Shown one piece after another: positions 14,605-28,065 of a DNA stretch of 64,000 nucleotides. The stretch is from contig OX597826.1 of NCBI GenBank assembly GCA_951406725.2, forward strand, positions 23,994,001 to 24,058,000, written 5' to 3'. The translations under genes and the position numbers were made by a program. The notes beneath the pieces were generated by a model. The model was not told where the DNA came from. It did not search any database and was given only the letters and a program-made list of their open reading frames with translations. Each line of letters begins with the position of its first letter. Position 1 is the stretch's first letter. This DNA comes from Octopus vulgaris. Its lineage: Eukaryota.

Positions 14605-15232
14605 TTAAGCAGTGTAGCAGAAACATGGATATTCTAGAGATGAGCTGGAGGGTGAGGGGGTTCTAGCAGGGAGAAGAGAGAATGAGGGTGCAGTAATATA
14701 GGGGAACACCAGTGGGGAGGGGTGTTCGGAGAAACGATGACAGGTTCTAGACAAGTAGAACGTAGGATATCACGAGAGGGGTAATACATGGTGAAATAGC
14801 GTATTGAAGAGGGGGGTTCGAGGTGTAGACACCCATAATGGTGGTGGGAGAAGGGATATCCGGTATAGATGGAGCAAAATATAGAGATATCCGGTATTGG
14901 TGGGGGTGGGCAAGGGCGGGTGCACCGCGAATGCGCGAAGTTTGATACAGGGGAGAGTGAAGACTTGAACGGGCAAATTATCGTAGATAATTATCGTAGT
15001 AACATGGAGAAAGGGAGAAATTATCAGCGCATAAAAATGAAGGATAATTTAGGGCGAAGAACAGACAAAGTGATATGGAGAAATGGAGAAATTATCAGCA
15101 CATAATAATAAAGGGATATTTAGGGAAGACGGTGGAGAAAGGGACAAATTATCGGCACATAATAATGATGAGAGGATATTTAGGGAAGACGATATATATT
15201 TATATGTATGTATAAATATATATATATGTATG

Positions 15233-15270
<38 letters not shown>

Positions 15271-15274
<4 letters not shown>

Positions 15275-15558
15275 TGTGATCACCGTGACCGATCAGGCTA
15301 TCAGATGTTGCCACACATCGCTGGTCATCAAATGACACACCACCCCACTGGCTAAGCGAGCAGGCCAACACAAGAAAGAGTGAGAGAAAGTTGTGGCGAA
15401 AGAGTACAGCAGGGATCGCTCCCCCACCCCCCACCCCCACCGGAGCCTCGTGGAGCTTTAGGTGTTTTCGCTCAATAAATACTCACAACGCCCTGTCTGG
15501 GAATCGAAACCTCAATCCTACAACCGCGAGTCCGCTGCTCTAACCACTGGGCCATTGC
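15271..15558 (-). mobile_element. tRNA-derived SINE, family C
   Basis: Minus-strand head TGGCCCAGTGG (A box) ... GGTTTCGATTCC (B box); related copy at 55395-55733. Confidence 0.75.
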
Positions 15559-16645
15559 ATCTGGTATTTACTGTATCGATCTCCATTTGTTCAACTGCTA
15601 AACAATGACACACATGCATGAGTGGCTGTGCATGCAAATATGCATATATTTATATATATATCGTCATCATCATCATCATTGCTTAATATTCATTTGAAAG
15701 TGATCTAAATTAAGATCCTCCGTTAAAATTTCATATCAGTTTATGTTTTAAACCCCGGTTAAATAATGACAGTTATTTTAAGAAATTCTTCACAAATTAA
15801 AAAGAAAAATTAATTGAAACTGAGGCAGAGTATTTCACCAAGGAAATGGTGTTAAAGGGTTTTGAAAAACACCTGTAAATTAATATTGGGTGGAATGAAG
15901 TGAGTTCAATATCAATTATACCCTTTACCTTCCAGAAATCAGTACTTAATCAAAAGAAAATCAATGTCAATTGCAATGGTCTTTATACACAAATTGGCAG
16001 AAATAGGTGGGAATACAGGTGTGGACTATTCTATAGTTACTTTCAGAAACTTCTTTAATATTCTCTCTTTTTTGGTGGATGGGGCGGTTTACTGTTTTGC
16101 ATCAATTTTTCTGTACTTGCATGGGTCACATGCTCACATGTGTGTAAACACATGCACAACAAATAGTAGTAAGTGGTTTTTTTTCTTTGTGTGACCAGAG
16201 AGGACTATAATAAACCCATTCTACCCTTGCTATCGAAGAATAATGGATATAAACTGATGGTGGTGGTGATGATGATGATATTGATGATAATCACTGTTGT
16301 TGTTGCCTGAACAATTATTTTTACGGTGGAGTGACTTTTTCCAATTGCTAATCATGAAATAAGAATCAAAATTTTTGTTTTCTTATTCAGCCAGGCAAAA
16401 AGGGGAGAGAGGAATTACTACATGCTTTGCTCAGAGATAAGATTTAAACTTATGACTCAGTGCTCAATTAGTTCAATACCTTATCTTCTCACAGCCATTG
16501 TGCTTTAGGGTTTGGTTGCATGACAAATAAATTGAAATCCTACAGGATAGCAAGAAAATCAGGAAGGGGCTTGAACCGCTTCATTAACTCTCTCTATCTC
16601 TCTCACCAGACACACATACACACATATATATATCAATTTTTTTTT

Positions 16646-17008
16646 TTTACTTGTTTCAGGCATCAGAATGTGGCCATGCTGGGGCACCACCTCAAAGAAT
16701 TTTCATTGTAGGAATCAACTCTAGTACCTTTTTTTTTAAGCTTGGTATTTATTCTGCCAGTCGCTTTTGCCGTACCACTAAGTTACGTGGGACATAAACA
16801 GACCACTAGATGTCAACTAGTGGTGGGGGACAGACAGACACAAACACACACACACAACAGGCTTCTTTCAGTTTCTGTGTATCAAATCCATTCACAGGGC
16901 TTTGGTCAGCCTGAGGCTATCATAGAATATGTATACCCTAGGTGCCATGCAGTGGGACTGAACCTGGAACCATATGGTTAGGAAGCAAACTTCTTACCAC
17001 ACAGCCAT
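16646..17008 (-). mobile_element. SINE family A (tRNA head, CR1-like tail)
   Basis: Matches the consensus seen at 37421-37810. Confidence 0.8.
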
Positions 17009-17992
17009 ACATAAATAGAACTCAGTATTATTTCAAATGGTAAGAGTTACAAAATGACTCAAAGACTAAGAGTTTTGTGACTTAAAGCATTTGCTATGCA
17101 CAAAACTTTCAGCCCTTGAGTCACTTTGTAACTTCTGCCTCTTATAATGATTATAATAATTGTTTCGGATTTTGGGCCAAACCCAGTAAATTTTAGGGGG
17201 CCAAGAGGTTTAGTTGAATATATTGATGCCTTAGATCAACTGGCATTTATTTTATCAACCCTGAAAGAACGAAAGGCAAAGTCAACATTTGGAAGAATTG
17301 GAACATAAAGAACCAGAAGATATGCCACTAAACATTTTGTCTGTATGCTCAAGATTATATGTTGTTGTTCAAGTTGCAAGGTGAATGCCTTGCAGTTTTT
17401 GCTCCTGTTCTCTGCATTCTGAGTTCAAATACTGCCTCAGTCAACTTTACCTTTCATGCTTTTAAGATCAGTAAATAAAGTAGTGGCCCAGATTTACAGA
17501 CAAGCAGAGTGTTAGTGTTGAAAAAGACGGCCTCTGATATCTGTGCATTCTGATTCCTAATTCTGCCTCATCTCCCCAGCAAACATGGTGATAGGATTTG
17601 TAAGTCCTTAAACCTTTAACCTTCAGTTTACTTTGTCAAGTGTATTGCGTGTTTATTCATATTGTTTGAATTAACCCTTTAGCGTTCACATTATGCTTTG
17701 AAAAGTATTGCTTTAGCAAATATTCTGCTCAATATCACAGATTTGCTTCTTAGTTGCTTGAGCATGTCCCATAATGGCTGATAATACGTGCATTACTGAT
17801 CATCAGCAGGAGTAGAGGGGGAGCATCATAGCCATGTGTGGAGAGGGCTTCTTTGGGGTTTGAATAAATGTAACAAAAGTGAAGTTTGAGGCAAATATTA
17901 GCCCTTTTTAATACTTTCTAGGGTTAAGCAAATAGGAAATAGCAGTTGCTACTCAAGGACGAAAACTGTTACGCAGTTTAATTCATGCTTAA

Positions 17993-18199
17993 CCCTTTCG
18001 TTACCAACCCAGCTGAAACCGGCTCTGGCTCTGAGTACAAATGTCTTGTTTTGAATTAAAATCTTCCACCAGACATCACAATTTATGTTCCTAACACCAG
18101 CTTAATGATAACTAAGTTATTTTACTAAATTCTTTCTTATATTTAAAATTAATTGAAAGAAACACAGAGCACCTCAAAATAAATACGGTAACGAAAAGG
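17993..18199. mobile_element. piggyBac-type MITE (TIR CCCTTTCGTTAC), apparently nested in an older TTAA MITE
   Basis: TTAA at 17989-17992 and 18200-18203; same TIR as 13522-14604; same family as 40522-40998 and 62815-63262. Confidence 0.88.
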
Positions 18200-19996
18200 T
18201 TAATTCAGAACAATATGAAAGAATAAGCATCACATTTGACAGAATAATTGGAATGTCGAAGTGTTAAAAAGACTTTCAAGGTGTTTTGGTATTTTGTCCA
18301 GTGCCTTACCGATTCTGCAATCCACTTTCTTCATGAATTTTTTAATATTGCTGGAAAGTTCATTGAATGTTCAATATATAAAATTTTGTGTTTATTTTAG
18401 TGAGTTTCTTTTCAGGAAATGCTGCTTATATTTTGGCATTTATTTATTTATTTATTATATTTATTTTTACATTTAAGAAGAAATAAATTGTAATCATGCT
18501 TTCATACTGGTGAACAAATGACAATATTTAAATCAATATATTTTTTTATACATATACACACATATAAGTACATATGAATATATATCTCTGTGTGTGTGTA
18601 TAGACATTTATGCTTATATATGTCTGTCTGCATGCATGTGTGTGTGTTTATGTATGTATATGAGCATATATATATGGATGGGTATGTGGTTGTATATCGA
18701 TATGTATATGTGTATATAGTTGCCTGATATACCAAGAATGTAATTTCCTATATGTCTGTGTTTGTATGCATACATGTGTATGTGTGTATATATATATTTG
18801 TGAGTGTGTACACACACACACACACACATACATGCACACACACAGAGTGGGGGAAAAAAAACCATTAATTAATAAAGAAATGTTGTAGCAGAGTGGCAGC
18901 ATGATGTTTGAAGTAACTGGAGAAATTGTTGATGAAATGAAAAGAAATGAAATAGAGGAAGAGGAGGGGGAGGAGAGAGGGGAGATGAAGAAGAAGACAG
19001 AGATGAGGGAGGCTGGAATGTTAGAAATTTCTTTTGGTTAGATCACGAAGTAAGCTGACAGAAGAAAGATGTGAGGAGAAACATGAATAGAAATGGAGAT
19101 TTGAGTCGCATATCTGTCACTGTATTCCTCTTTCTTTCTGTGATGTAGATCTTTGCACATGCACATATATGCACGCTTGTAGAATGTGTGTGTGTGTGTG
19201 TATATTTTATGTATATTTTGTATGTGTGTATATATATATTTTATATATATCTGTGTATACATATATTTTATGTATATATGTGTGTACACACATATTTAAA
19301 ATATACAGATATACATATATGTTATGTTTATATTTGTGTATACACATATTTAATATATATCTGTGTATATATATTTTATATATGTATTTGTGTGTATGTG
19401 TATTTTTTCAAATATACATATATATATATAATTTGTATTTGTGTGTATAATTCTGTGTATGTATATATATTGGGTGTGTGTGTATGCAAATATGTATGTA
19501 TGTATATACATGCACATACATATACACACACACACATGTACTTACACATTATACACACAGATCCCTAACTTTCTTTAATTGCGTGTATTAGTGGGATTAA
19601 TATTTTGTTCCTAACATTAAAGATACTATATACATCACCACTTCAGGTGTGTTTCAATAATTTTGATGTTTTGTTTCTTTTTTACTTAACAAAACATAAA
19701 ATATACACACTTACATAAATACTCGCACCCATCATTGTATATATATATATGTATATATACGTATTCTGCATGTGTGTGTGTGACACATATACACTTGTAC
19801 TTATTTATATGTATGACTAAATATACACCCATTATATTGCTGATTGTTCACACAGTCTGTGTGTGTATGAACTCTTTCGGAATTGTATTTCTAAATCTGC
19901 CTGGCCTCTGTTTAGACATGGTCAAGTCATACAAGACTCATTCATGTAATGAAAGTGAAATGAAAGAAGTTTTGAATAGTTATTATTATTTATTGC

Positions 19997-20037
<41 letters not shown>

Positions 20038-20220
20038 TTCGCCTGTTGCTACATTCTGAGTTCAAATTCCACCGAGGTCAACATTGCTTTACATCCTTTT
20101 GGGGTACATAAATTAAGTACCAATTACACACTAGGGCCAATGTAATCAACTTACCCCCTCCTCTCCAAATTTCAGGCTTTGTGCCTATAGTAGAAAGGAT
20201 TATTATTATTATTATTATTA

Positions 20221-20431
20221 AGGTGGCGAGCTGGCAGAATTGTTTGCACACCAGGCAAAATGCTTAGCGGCATTTCGTCCGTCTATACATTCTGAGTTCA
20301 AATTCCTCTGAGGTTGACTTTGCCTTTCATCTTTTGAGGGACAATAAAATAAGTACCAGTGAACCACTATTCGTAATCAACTATTCGCCTCCTCCAAAAT
20401 TTCAGCCCTTGTGCCGATAGTAGAAAGGATT
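20221..20431 (+). mobile_element. SINE family B (a 5'-truncated copy also lies at ~20040-20200)
   Basis: AAGGTGGCGAGCTGGCAGAA head, GAGTTCAAATT B box, CTTTGCCTTTCATC core. Confidence 0.75.
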
Positions 20432-20620
20432 ATTACCTCCGCCTTAGCAAAGGCAGAGGTATTGTTTTCAGTCGTGTTTGTTTGTTTGTCCATAGACAAG
20501 ATATCTCAAGAACCACTGGATGGATGTGGATGAAACTTTCAGGGATGTTTGGTCTCATGACTGACTCAAACTGATTAGATTTTGGGATTCATCCGGTACC
20601 AGACAAGGATTCTGGACTAT
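20432..20620 (+). mobile_element. Helentron-associated non-autonomous element (HINE/DINE-1-like) fragment
   Basis: TTACCTCCGCC-TTAGCAAA-GGCAGAGGTA subterminal hairpin, (GTTT)n, then ATATCTCAAGAACCACTGGATGGAT..GATGAAACTTT, the usual HINE core layout. Confidence 0.6.
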
Positions 20621-20939
20621 TTGTTATATTTACTTTACATGAAGTATTACAATCTTACATTGACTTTCAAGTCGTTTTCTGATTATCTCCCTTGAAAGCA
20701 TGCTCATGGTTTCCACACATGTTATGGTGGCATTGTTGTTTCCAAAGTTTTATTTTTGTTTCTCGAGCGCATCAGACAGCATGCTTATCAACATTTCTTC
20801 CAATTCTTTAATTTCGGGGTTCAAATCCTGCTGAGGTCAACTGACTTTCATCCATTTGGGTTCAGTAAAATAAGTAACAGTCAAGTATTGAGTCCAGTGC
20901 GACCAGTTCTGCTGCCCTTATGCTAAAATATGAAGCAAC

Positions 20940-21293
20940 AATTATTATTTTTATTCTCTTAACTGATTTATCTCTGTCCATGTCACATCTCAGCTGCATT
21001 CCACATCTTAGAGATGCACCATTTTCCTCAACGCATGAGCTGTTCCAAGTATTGCGGCCATCTGAATACTTCCTATGAAGTTTGGTATTTACAGCTTTCA
21101 ATTCCAGATTATTGCTCTCTTTGAGATGGTCCCAAGTACACCCATCACAATAGGCACCACACTCACTTTTGAGGCTCTATGGATTCTTTTCATTTCGAAT
21201 CCAAATTCTGGGTACTTCCTGACTTTCTCATCCTCTGTCTTAACAATATTTTGGTCTCCAGGTATGGTTACATTGATGCAAGTCCATTCTTTG
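20940..21293 (-). pseudogene. 3' end of an RLE-type (R4/Dong/NeSL-like) non-LTR retrotransposon
   Basis: Manual translation on minus: INVTIPGDQNIVKTEDEKVRKY...VVPIVMGVLGTI...*..*...IQMAAILGTAHALRK; short 3' UTR ending in (AAT)n. A second decayed piece lies at ~21440-21600 (LREIQKIVL). Confidence 0.75.
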
Positions 21294-21742
21294 GAATTAT
21301 TGTTATTTACTCTTAATCTCTATGTTTGTTACAATCACTTGCTGAGACACACCTAGGGCAAGTGAAGGATAAAAGATGTTACAGTATGACTGAAAACTTG
21401 GGGAGGGGAAGTGGCAGGGGCAGTTGTGAAATATCTTCATGTAATACAACACAGACATTTAAATGGATAGGGTTTTACTAAGGCAGTACTTCTCAGCACA
21501 ATCTTTTGGATTTCTCTGAGACTTGTTTCTCCAAGTATCTTATCTAGATGTTTCTGACATTCCTTTCTTATATTGGGTACCCACAATAACAGGAACAATT
21601 CTTGCTTTAAGATGTCACATCTTGTGTATTTCAACTTCTAGGTGCCTTATATTTACTTAATTTGTCAAATTCATTTACAAATATATTTTTATCAGTGGGA
21701 ACACTTACATCTACTTTTATTTTCTTCCCTATCTTTATTATT

Positions 21743-21791
<49 letters not shown>

Positions 21792-23071
21792 GTCAAAATG
21801 AAAAGAAGAGTGCCATTATCATCTAGTGAACAATATTTTGACGTCTTGTGTGTCTTCAACAAGTTCAAAATATAATTTTGTCAATCTACTTCATTTTCGT
21901 TAATATATAAAGGATTGAGGTAACTCCTCCAGAAGATATAGAATTAAAATTAAAGGAAGAGTACTAATGTCATCTAGTGAATGATATTTTGACATCATCA
22001 TCATCATCATCATCATCATCATTATTATTATTTCTCTTCTAAAAGTCATTTACCTGTATTAGCTATATGAATTAAGCAAGCCTGAAGGCTTTTGTTGTGT
22101 GCTTTGACCATTTAGCAAGTCTTTGCATTTGCTTCTAGAATAATTTTTTTTAATCATTGGTTTTCATTAGTTAAAATAATTCTAGTATTAATTATAGAAA
22201 TTACTCATCCAGTTACTCCAGTCTCTAATATTATGTATGTTTGAGAAAGAGAGGCAAAAAACGAGAAAAGAGCAGAAAAGAAAGTTCTGGGTACTGTCTA
22301 TCTTTTTTCAGAGTAAATGATTAGAAAATATAAACATGTCATTTATCTGCTTGATCAAAATGTCTTTTTTTAATTAGATAAGTATCTGGTGTTGCATGTA
22401 TTAACATCGCGTGTGTGTGTGTGTGTGTTTGGTTTTTCTGTAGTGTCATATTGGTGCTGTTGTTTATATCTTTCATAAACAATATTCCGATGTCAGTAAA
22501 GGGAGAAAAAAACCCATTTTACTCATAAAAATAAATGGGTTGGTGACAGGAAAGGCATCCAGCTGTTGGTTACTGTTTCAATCTCATCCAACCCATCTCA
22601 TCCAGCATGGAAAAAGCTGGCTTAAAAATGATGCAAGTTGGTAGTGAGAACAGAATTAGATTGTGGCAGCGTAGTCTAGACTGATTTTTATTTGCTACTA
22701 TTATTGAAACAGTTGAACATTATTGCAAACTTTGGACAATGTGAAAAGCACAACAGTGTTTAGTTGTGGTTGCTAGATTTCTACTTGACAGCCAGCAGAC
22801 ACAAATTAAACAGGTGCTAATCTCTTATAAAGCACAAGTTTGCCCTGCCCTAGAGTATTTCTTGCAGATTTTATTTTCAATGTGATTTTAAATGACAGTC
22901 TTATCTTGTAATTTGTTCACAAAGTGGAAATCCATTGGGACTGTATCTGGCTGAACAACAACAACAACAGCAACAACCAACATAAGAAGCAAAACATTTA
23001 GACATTAAGCAACATACAGGTTATTTATTATTTACATTCGATGGATATTTGTCCTCATCTTGTTTGTTGTT

Positions 23072-23117
23072 AACACAACGTTTAGGCTGATATACCCACC
23101 AGCCTTCTTCAGGTTTC
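23072..23117 (-). ncRNA. Minimal type I hammerhead ribozyme (decayed, GAAA>TAAA)
   Basis: Minus strand: GAAAC-CTGAAGA-A-GGCTG-gtgggtatat-CAGCC-TAAA-CGTT-GTGTT. Confidence 0.65.
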
Positions 23118-23290
23118 TTGGGGAAATTTTGAACCTGGGTTTTCATTCCTATGCCATATGCCCATAAGAGCGTGGGCTACTAACCCCAAGATTCTGAGTT
23201 CGATTCCAAGCAGTGACTTGAACAATAACAATAATAATAACATCGAAAAATACCTTAGAAATGAGAACCCAGGTTCGAAATTTCCCCCAA

Positions 23291-23336
23291 GACATTTGAA
23301 GAAGGCTGGAGGGTATATCAGCCGAAACGTTGTGTT
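23291..23336 (+). ncRNA. Minimal type I hammerhead ribozyme (decayed, C3>U)
   Basis: GACAT-TTGAAGA-A-GGCTG-gagggtatat-CAGCC-GAAA-CGTT-GTGTT: stem I, core, 5-bp stem II, GAAA, palindromic AACGTT stem III. Confidence 0.7.
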
Positions 23337-24672
23337 AACAACAAACAAGATGAGTACAAATATCCGTTGAATGTAAATAATGTAAATAATTCCTCATCTC
23401 TTAAATACAGAACTATACAGGCTGTTTGGTGTGCGCAGAAGTAGCAGCATGGGAATGTTGTCCGAGGTGCAGCATGACAATATGACTGCACTGTGTGGGT
23501 TCCAGTACTGCCATCAGGGGGGAGTTTGAGACATTTTGGCACAGCTGTTTCGTTGTCAGATTTACATAACAGCAGATGTTTTAATACTTCTTTCCTCTCA
23601 TCCCCATCTCTCTGATCGGGTTTCTCTCTGTGTGTCAATCTACTTCATTTTGGTTAAGATATAAAGGATTGAGGTAACTTCTCCAGAAGATATAAAATTA
23701 AAATTAAAGGAAGAGTACTAATGTCATCTAGTGAATGATATTTTGACATTATTATTATTATTGTCGTTGTTGGCGGCGGTGTCATCATCATTGTTATTAT
23801 TATTTCTCTTCTAAAAGTCATTTACCTGTATTAGCTATATGAATTAAGCGAGGCTGAAGGCTTTTGTTGTGTGCTTTGACCATTTAGCAAGTCTTTGCAT
23901 TTGCTTCTAGAATATTTTTTTTTAATCATTGGTTTTCATTAGTTAAAATAATTCTAGTATTAATTATAGAAATTACTCATCCAGTTACTCCAGTCGCTAA
24001 TATTATGTATATTTGAGAAAGAGAGACAAAAAAAAAACAACCTAAATATTCTGACTTAAATATTCTGCCAGTTTTATGGTCAAATCAACCAGATTTGGCC
24101 TCTCACACTTACCCTACAGTGTCATTCTAAAAATAAACAATCGCCTCATTGAAATCTTTTGGCTACAGCATAATGCATGATTAATTCATAACAATGTGAA
24201 TAAATAAGCATTATATTTCACAGAGTAATCTAAAAGATATAAGGTTAATAAATTAATGTCTCACTTTCTCCCAGTGATCAGGTCGCGGTCTCAAAGCAGT
24301 GAAAATATTTTGGTAAATTCAATTTAAATGTCAAAGAGAATCTAACGGTTTTTGTGTGTTTTTAAATGGCTTATAAAACACCTTCTATGCTGTAATTGTT
24401 TTTTTTTTCAGCAGATGATCTGAGACCAGGTCACTTGCTATGCAAGTACATCTCCATAATATATATATATGTGTGTGTGTTAATTTTTTATTCTTGTTTC
24501 AGTCATTTGACTAAGGCCATTCTGGAGCACCGCCATTAGTTGAACAAATCAACCCAAGGACTTAGTTTTGTAAGCCTAGTACTTAGTCTGTTGGTCTCTT
24601 TTGCCAAACTGTTAGGTTACGGGGACGTAAAAACACCAACATATATATTTTTTTTCTGTTTTTATTTTATTT

Positions 24673-25047
24673 TGTCTGTCATTTGACTGCGACCATGCTG
24701 GGGCACCACCTTTAAGGATTTTAGTTGAACAAATTAACGCCAGGACATTTCTTTTTTTGTAAGCCTAGTATATATCCTATTGGTCACTGTAGCTGAACCG
24801 CTAAGTAATGGGGATGTAAACACACCAACACCAGTTGTCAAGCAGTAGTCAAATGGAGGACAAGCACAAAGACACACACATATACACATGACAGGCTTCT
24901 TTCAGTTTCAGTCTACCAAATCTACTCACAAGGCTTTCGTCAGCCTGAGGCTATAGTAAAAGACACCTGCCCAAGGTGTCACACAGTTGGACTGAACCCG
25001 GAACCAGGAGATTGAGAAGCAAGCTTCATTCATCTTAGACACGCCTG
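24673..25047 (-). mobile_element. SINE family A (a 3' fragment also lies at 24491-24640)
   Basis: Matches the family consensus. Confidence 0.8.
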
Positions 25048-25601
25048 TTTAATGGCTGGTGTAAAATTTTGAACTTGATGTAAAAGAAAATTCCTAAACA
25101 CCAAGCTTTGAAGTGATTCTTTCTCACGACAGTAAACTCACCATGGCAAGCATTCAAAACTTCTTCATTATGGACAGCAACACATTGACGATTTAAAGGC
25201 TGGCGCAAATTTTTTTAGCTTGATGTAACAGAGAATTCCTAAACACCCGCTCCTGTAAATTTTAATCCCATTCAAGCCCCATTTAGACCTCTTTTCACAT
25301 TTTGGTTAATATAACCTCTAGGACAAAATTCCTCATCTTATAAAATGTGACCCGAGTAGACCCGAATGAAATCGGGTTATCATCATCATCATCGTTTAAA
25401 GCGGACGTTAAACGATGATGATGATGATGATGATAACCCGATTTCATTCGGGTCTGCTCAGGCCACATTTTATAAGATGAGGAATTTTGTCCTAGAGGTC
25501 ATGCCTTTCATTTGAGGTAAAAAATAGTTGCCATGCAAACTCGCCAGCACTTTTAACATAGGTGAGCATATTTTCAGCACAACCGACCACATAATGCACA
25601 C

Positions 25602-25648
<47 letters not shown>

Positions 25649-26513
25649 GCATTATATATACATATGTGTGTGTGTGTGTGTGTGTACTCATTATATATAC
25701 AAATGTATACAATATATATATATAAATTAAATTAGAGATAAAACCACTATTAGGCAAATCAAACAGTGAAAAATTTAAACCAAAACATAAAAATAAAAAT
25801 ATAATATACAAAATATATAATATAAAATTTAAAAATTAAAATTATTTAAGTTTAAAATTAAAATTATTAATTTATATTTATAATTTTTTAAAAAATATAT
25901 ATAGCTATCAAAAAGTATTAAAAAGTTTAATATACATAAATACAGATATATACACTTTGTAATTATACATTATATATACATATTTATATATAGAACACAC
26001 ACACACATATATAAATTAACCCAATAAATATCTGATTCATGATATTTGTTCTCATGATTGTGTGGTGGATGTGGCGATGATAATTCTCTCTATGAATGCA
26101 GACAGACGTAGAGAGAGAGAGTGTGTGTGAAAGCGCTGTCGAAGGCGGGGAGGGGCGGAGATATAGGATGCTGTGAAACGACGTTATAAAGAGAAAGTGA
26201 AGGGAGGTAGATGCTGTGAAACGACGTTATAGATAGAATGTGAAAGGAAGGGAGGAAAGAGGGTGAGTGATGGAGGAAGACAGATACATAAAAGAATGAG
26301 AGTAGACTTGTCAAAGTGCGTTTTTGGCCCTAGCAACGACACCTTTTAAGATGGGGGGTTCTAACCTAGCCCACTCGCATCCTCACCTCATTTTACATGT
26401 CCCTGTAAACTTTGGAGTCAATCCGACGGGATCTAGTGCCCTTTAACCTGTTCTCGATGCCAAAACCAGACAAACAAACAAACTTTTTGCATTTCAGAAT
26501 TATAATATAGAGA
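25048..26513 (-). mobile_element. Non-autonomous Helitron-like element, unit 1 (3' part missing)
   Basis: Minus-strand 5' end A|TCTCTATATTATAATTCTGAAATGC then (GTTT)n; 25048-25745 duplicates ~26982-27545. Confidence 0.6.
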
Positions 26514-26516
26514 TGA

Positions 26517-27407
26517 CTAGCTTTAGGTGACCCTCTCTACGTGCGGGTAAGAGTGTGGTTGTTACTTTCTGTTGCTTCCTGTCTATTTTTATCACCACAT
26601 TCTCCCCCTTTCTTTCTCTCTCCTTTCTCTCTCACTTACCCACTCTCTTACTCTTCCTTTCTCTCTGGCTCTCCCTCGCTTTCTCTTACCCTCTATTTTT
26701 CTCTATCTATCTCTCTCCCATTTATAAACAACAAAAGATCTTGAGTAAGTTTAGAAAGTAATTATTTTGAAAGATCAATCATAAATATCAGGCAGTGACA
26801 ATGGAAAGGTTTGCTTCAAGGCAGACAGCAAAGCACTAACATTTAAAAGGGACAGACGAACTTGCGAGCTGAATAAAAATTAAAAAAATATTGGAAACCA
26901 AAGTTTGAAGGGATAGAATCTGAGGATAGCAGAGTCACCATGGCTGGCATTTCTTAATGACGGACAGCAACGTAGTGGCAGTTTAATGGCTGGCGTAAAA
27001 TTTTGAACTTGATGTAAAAAAAAATTCCTAAACACCAAGCTTTGAAGTGATTCTTTCTCACGACAGTAGACTCACCATGGCAAGCATTCAAAATTTCTTC
27101 ATCATGGACGGCAACATATTGACGATTTAAAGGCTGGCGCAAATTTTTTAGCTTGATGAAACAGAGAATTCCTAAACACCTGCTCCTGTAAATTTTAATC
27201 CCCTTCAAGCCCCATTTAGACCTCTTTTCACATTTTGGTTAATATAACCCGATTTCATTCGGGTCTACTCGGGCCACATCTTATAAGATGAGGAATTTTG
27301 TCCTAGAGGTCACACCTTTCATTTGAGGAAAAAAATAGTTGCCATGCAAACTCGCCAGTACTTTTAACATAGGTGTGCATATTTTCAGCACAACCAACCA
27401 CATAATG

Positions 27408-27443
<36 letters not shown>

Positions 27444-27490
27444 TTATATATGTGTGTGTGTGTGTATACGCATTATATATACAAATGTAT

Positions 27491-27543
<53 letters not shown>

Positions 27544-27992
27544 TGAGATAGGTGTTGTAAATGCAACCCTCCATGGGATAACATATATCCAATATACTGC
27601 TAGTGAAGTACCCAACAAAGTTAATACATAAATGTTAAGAACTGCGATGCAATCAATTCATTTACTGTATTATATGGGCAAAGGTAAAATGATTTACCAC
27701 AAATTACTAATACAAGATAAGAAAATGGAGAAATACATCTAAATCAATGATCAATTATCAGATAATTTAACTTATATTTATATTCTCTTTTTTATATATA
27801 TATTCTACTTATTATACAACATTACTCTTTTATGTACACTTTTTTATGTACATTCCTTTATGTACACTGATTTGTTCTGCTTTTTTATGTTTAACCCTAC
27901 AGTCTCTTATGTGGTGGTTTAATAAAGTATGTGATTGAGTATTATCTGATAATTGATATTTGATTTAGATGTATTTCTCCATTTTCTTATCT

Positions 27993-28065
<73 letters not shown>

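Larger units (their letters stand above)
8278..15191 (-). mobile_element. Near full-length RTE-clade LINE with (GAT)n tail, interrupted by a piggyBac
   Basis: Single APE-RT ORF 10089..13321; 3' end reads ...GGACGTTAAACGATGATGAT on minus. The 5' boundary at 15191 is inferred from the return to (TA)n, so 14609-15191 is only a putative 5' UTR. Confidence 0.85.
23027..23413. mobile_element. Inverted pair of tRNA-headed, hammerhead-bearing SINE-like elements (copy 1)
   Basis: 23027-23151 is the reverse complement of ~23255-23380; B box GAGTTCGATTCC at ~23196-23207; hammerhead motif in both arms. Confidence 0.8.
21879..24026 (+). repeat. ~370-bp local direct duplication (21879-22253 and 23632-24026)
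   Basis: TGTCAATCTACTTCATTTT...TTTGAGAAAGAGAG occurs twice, near-identical apart from a trinucleotide tract. Confidence 0.9.

Noticed and set aside
8262-15217. ATGTATGTATAAAT as the RTE target-site duplication
   Set aside because: It occurs near both ends but is low-complexity and not flush with the 5' boundary.
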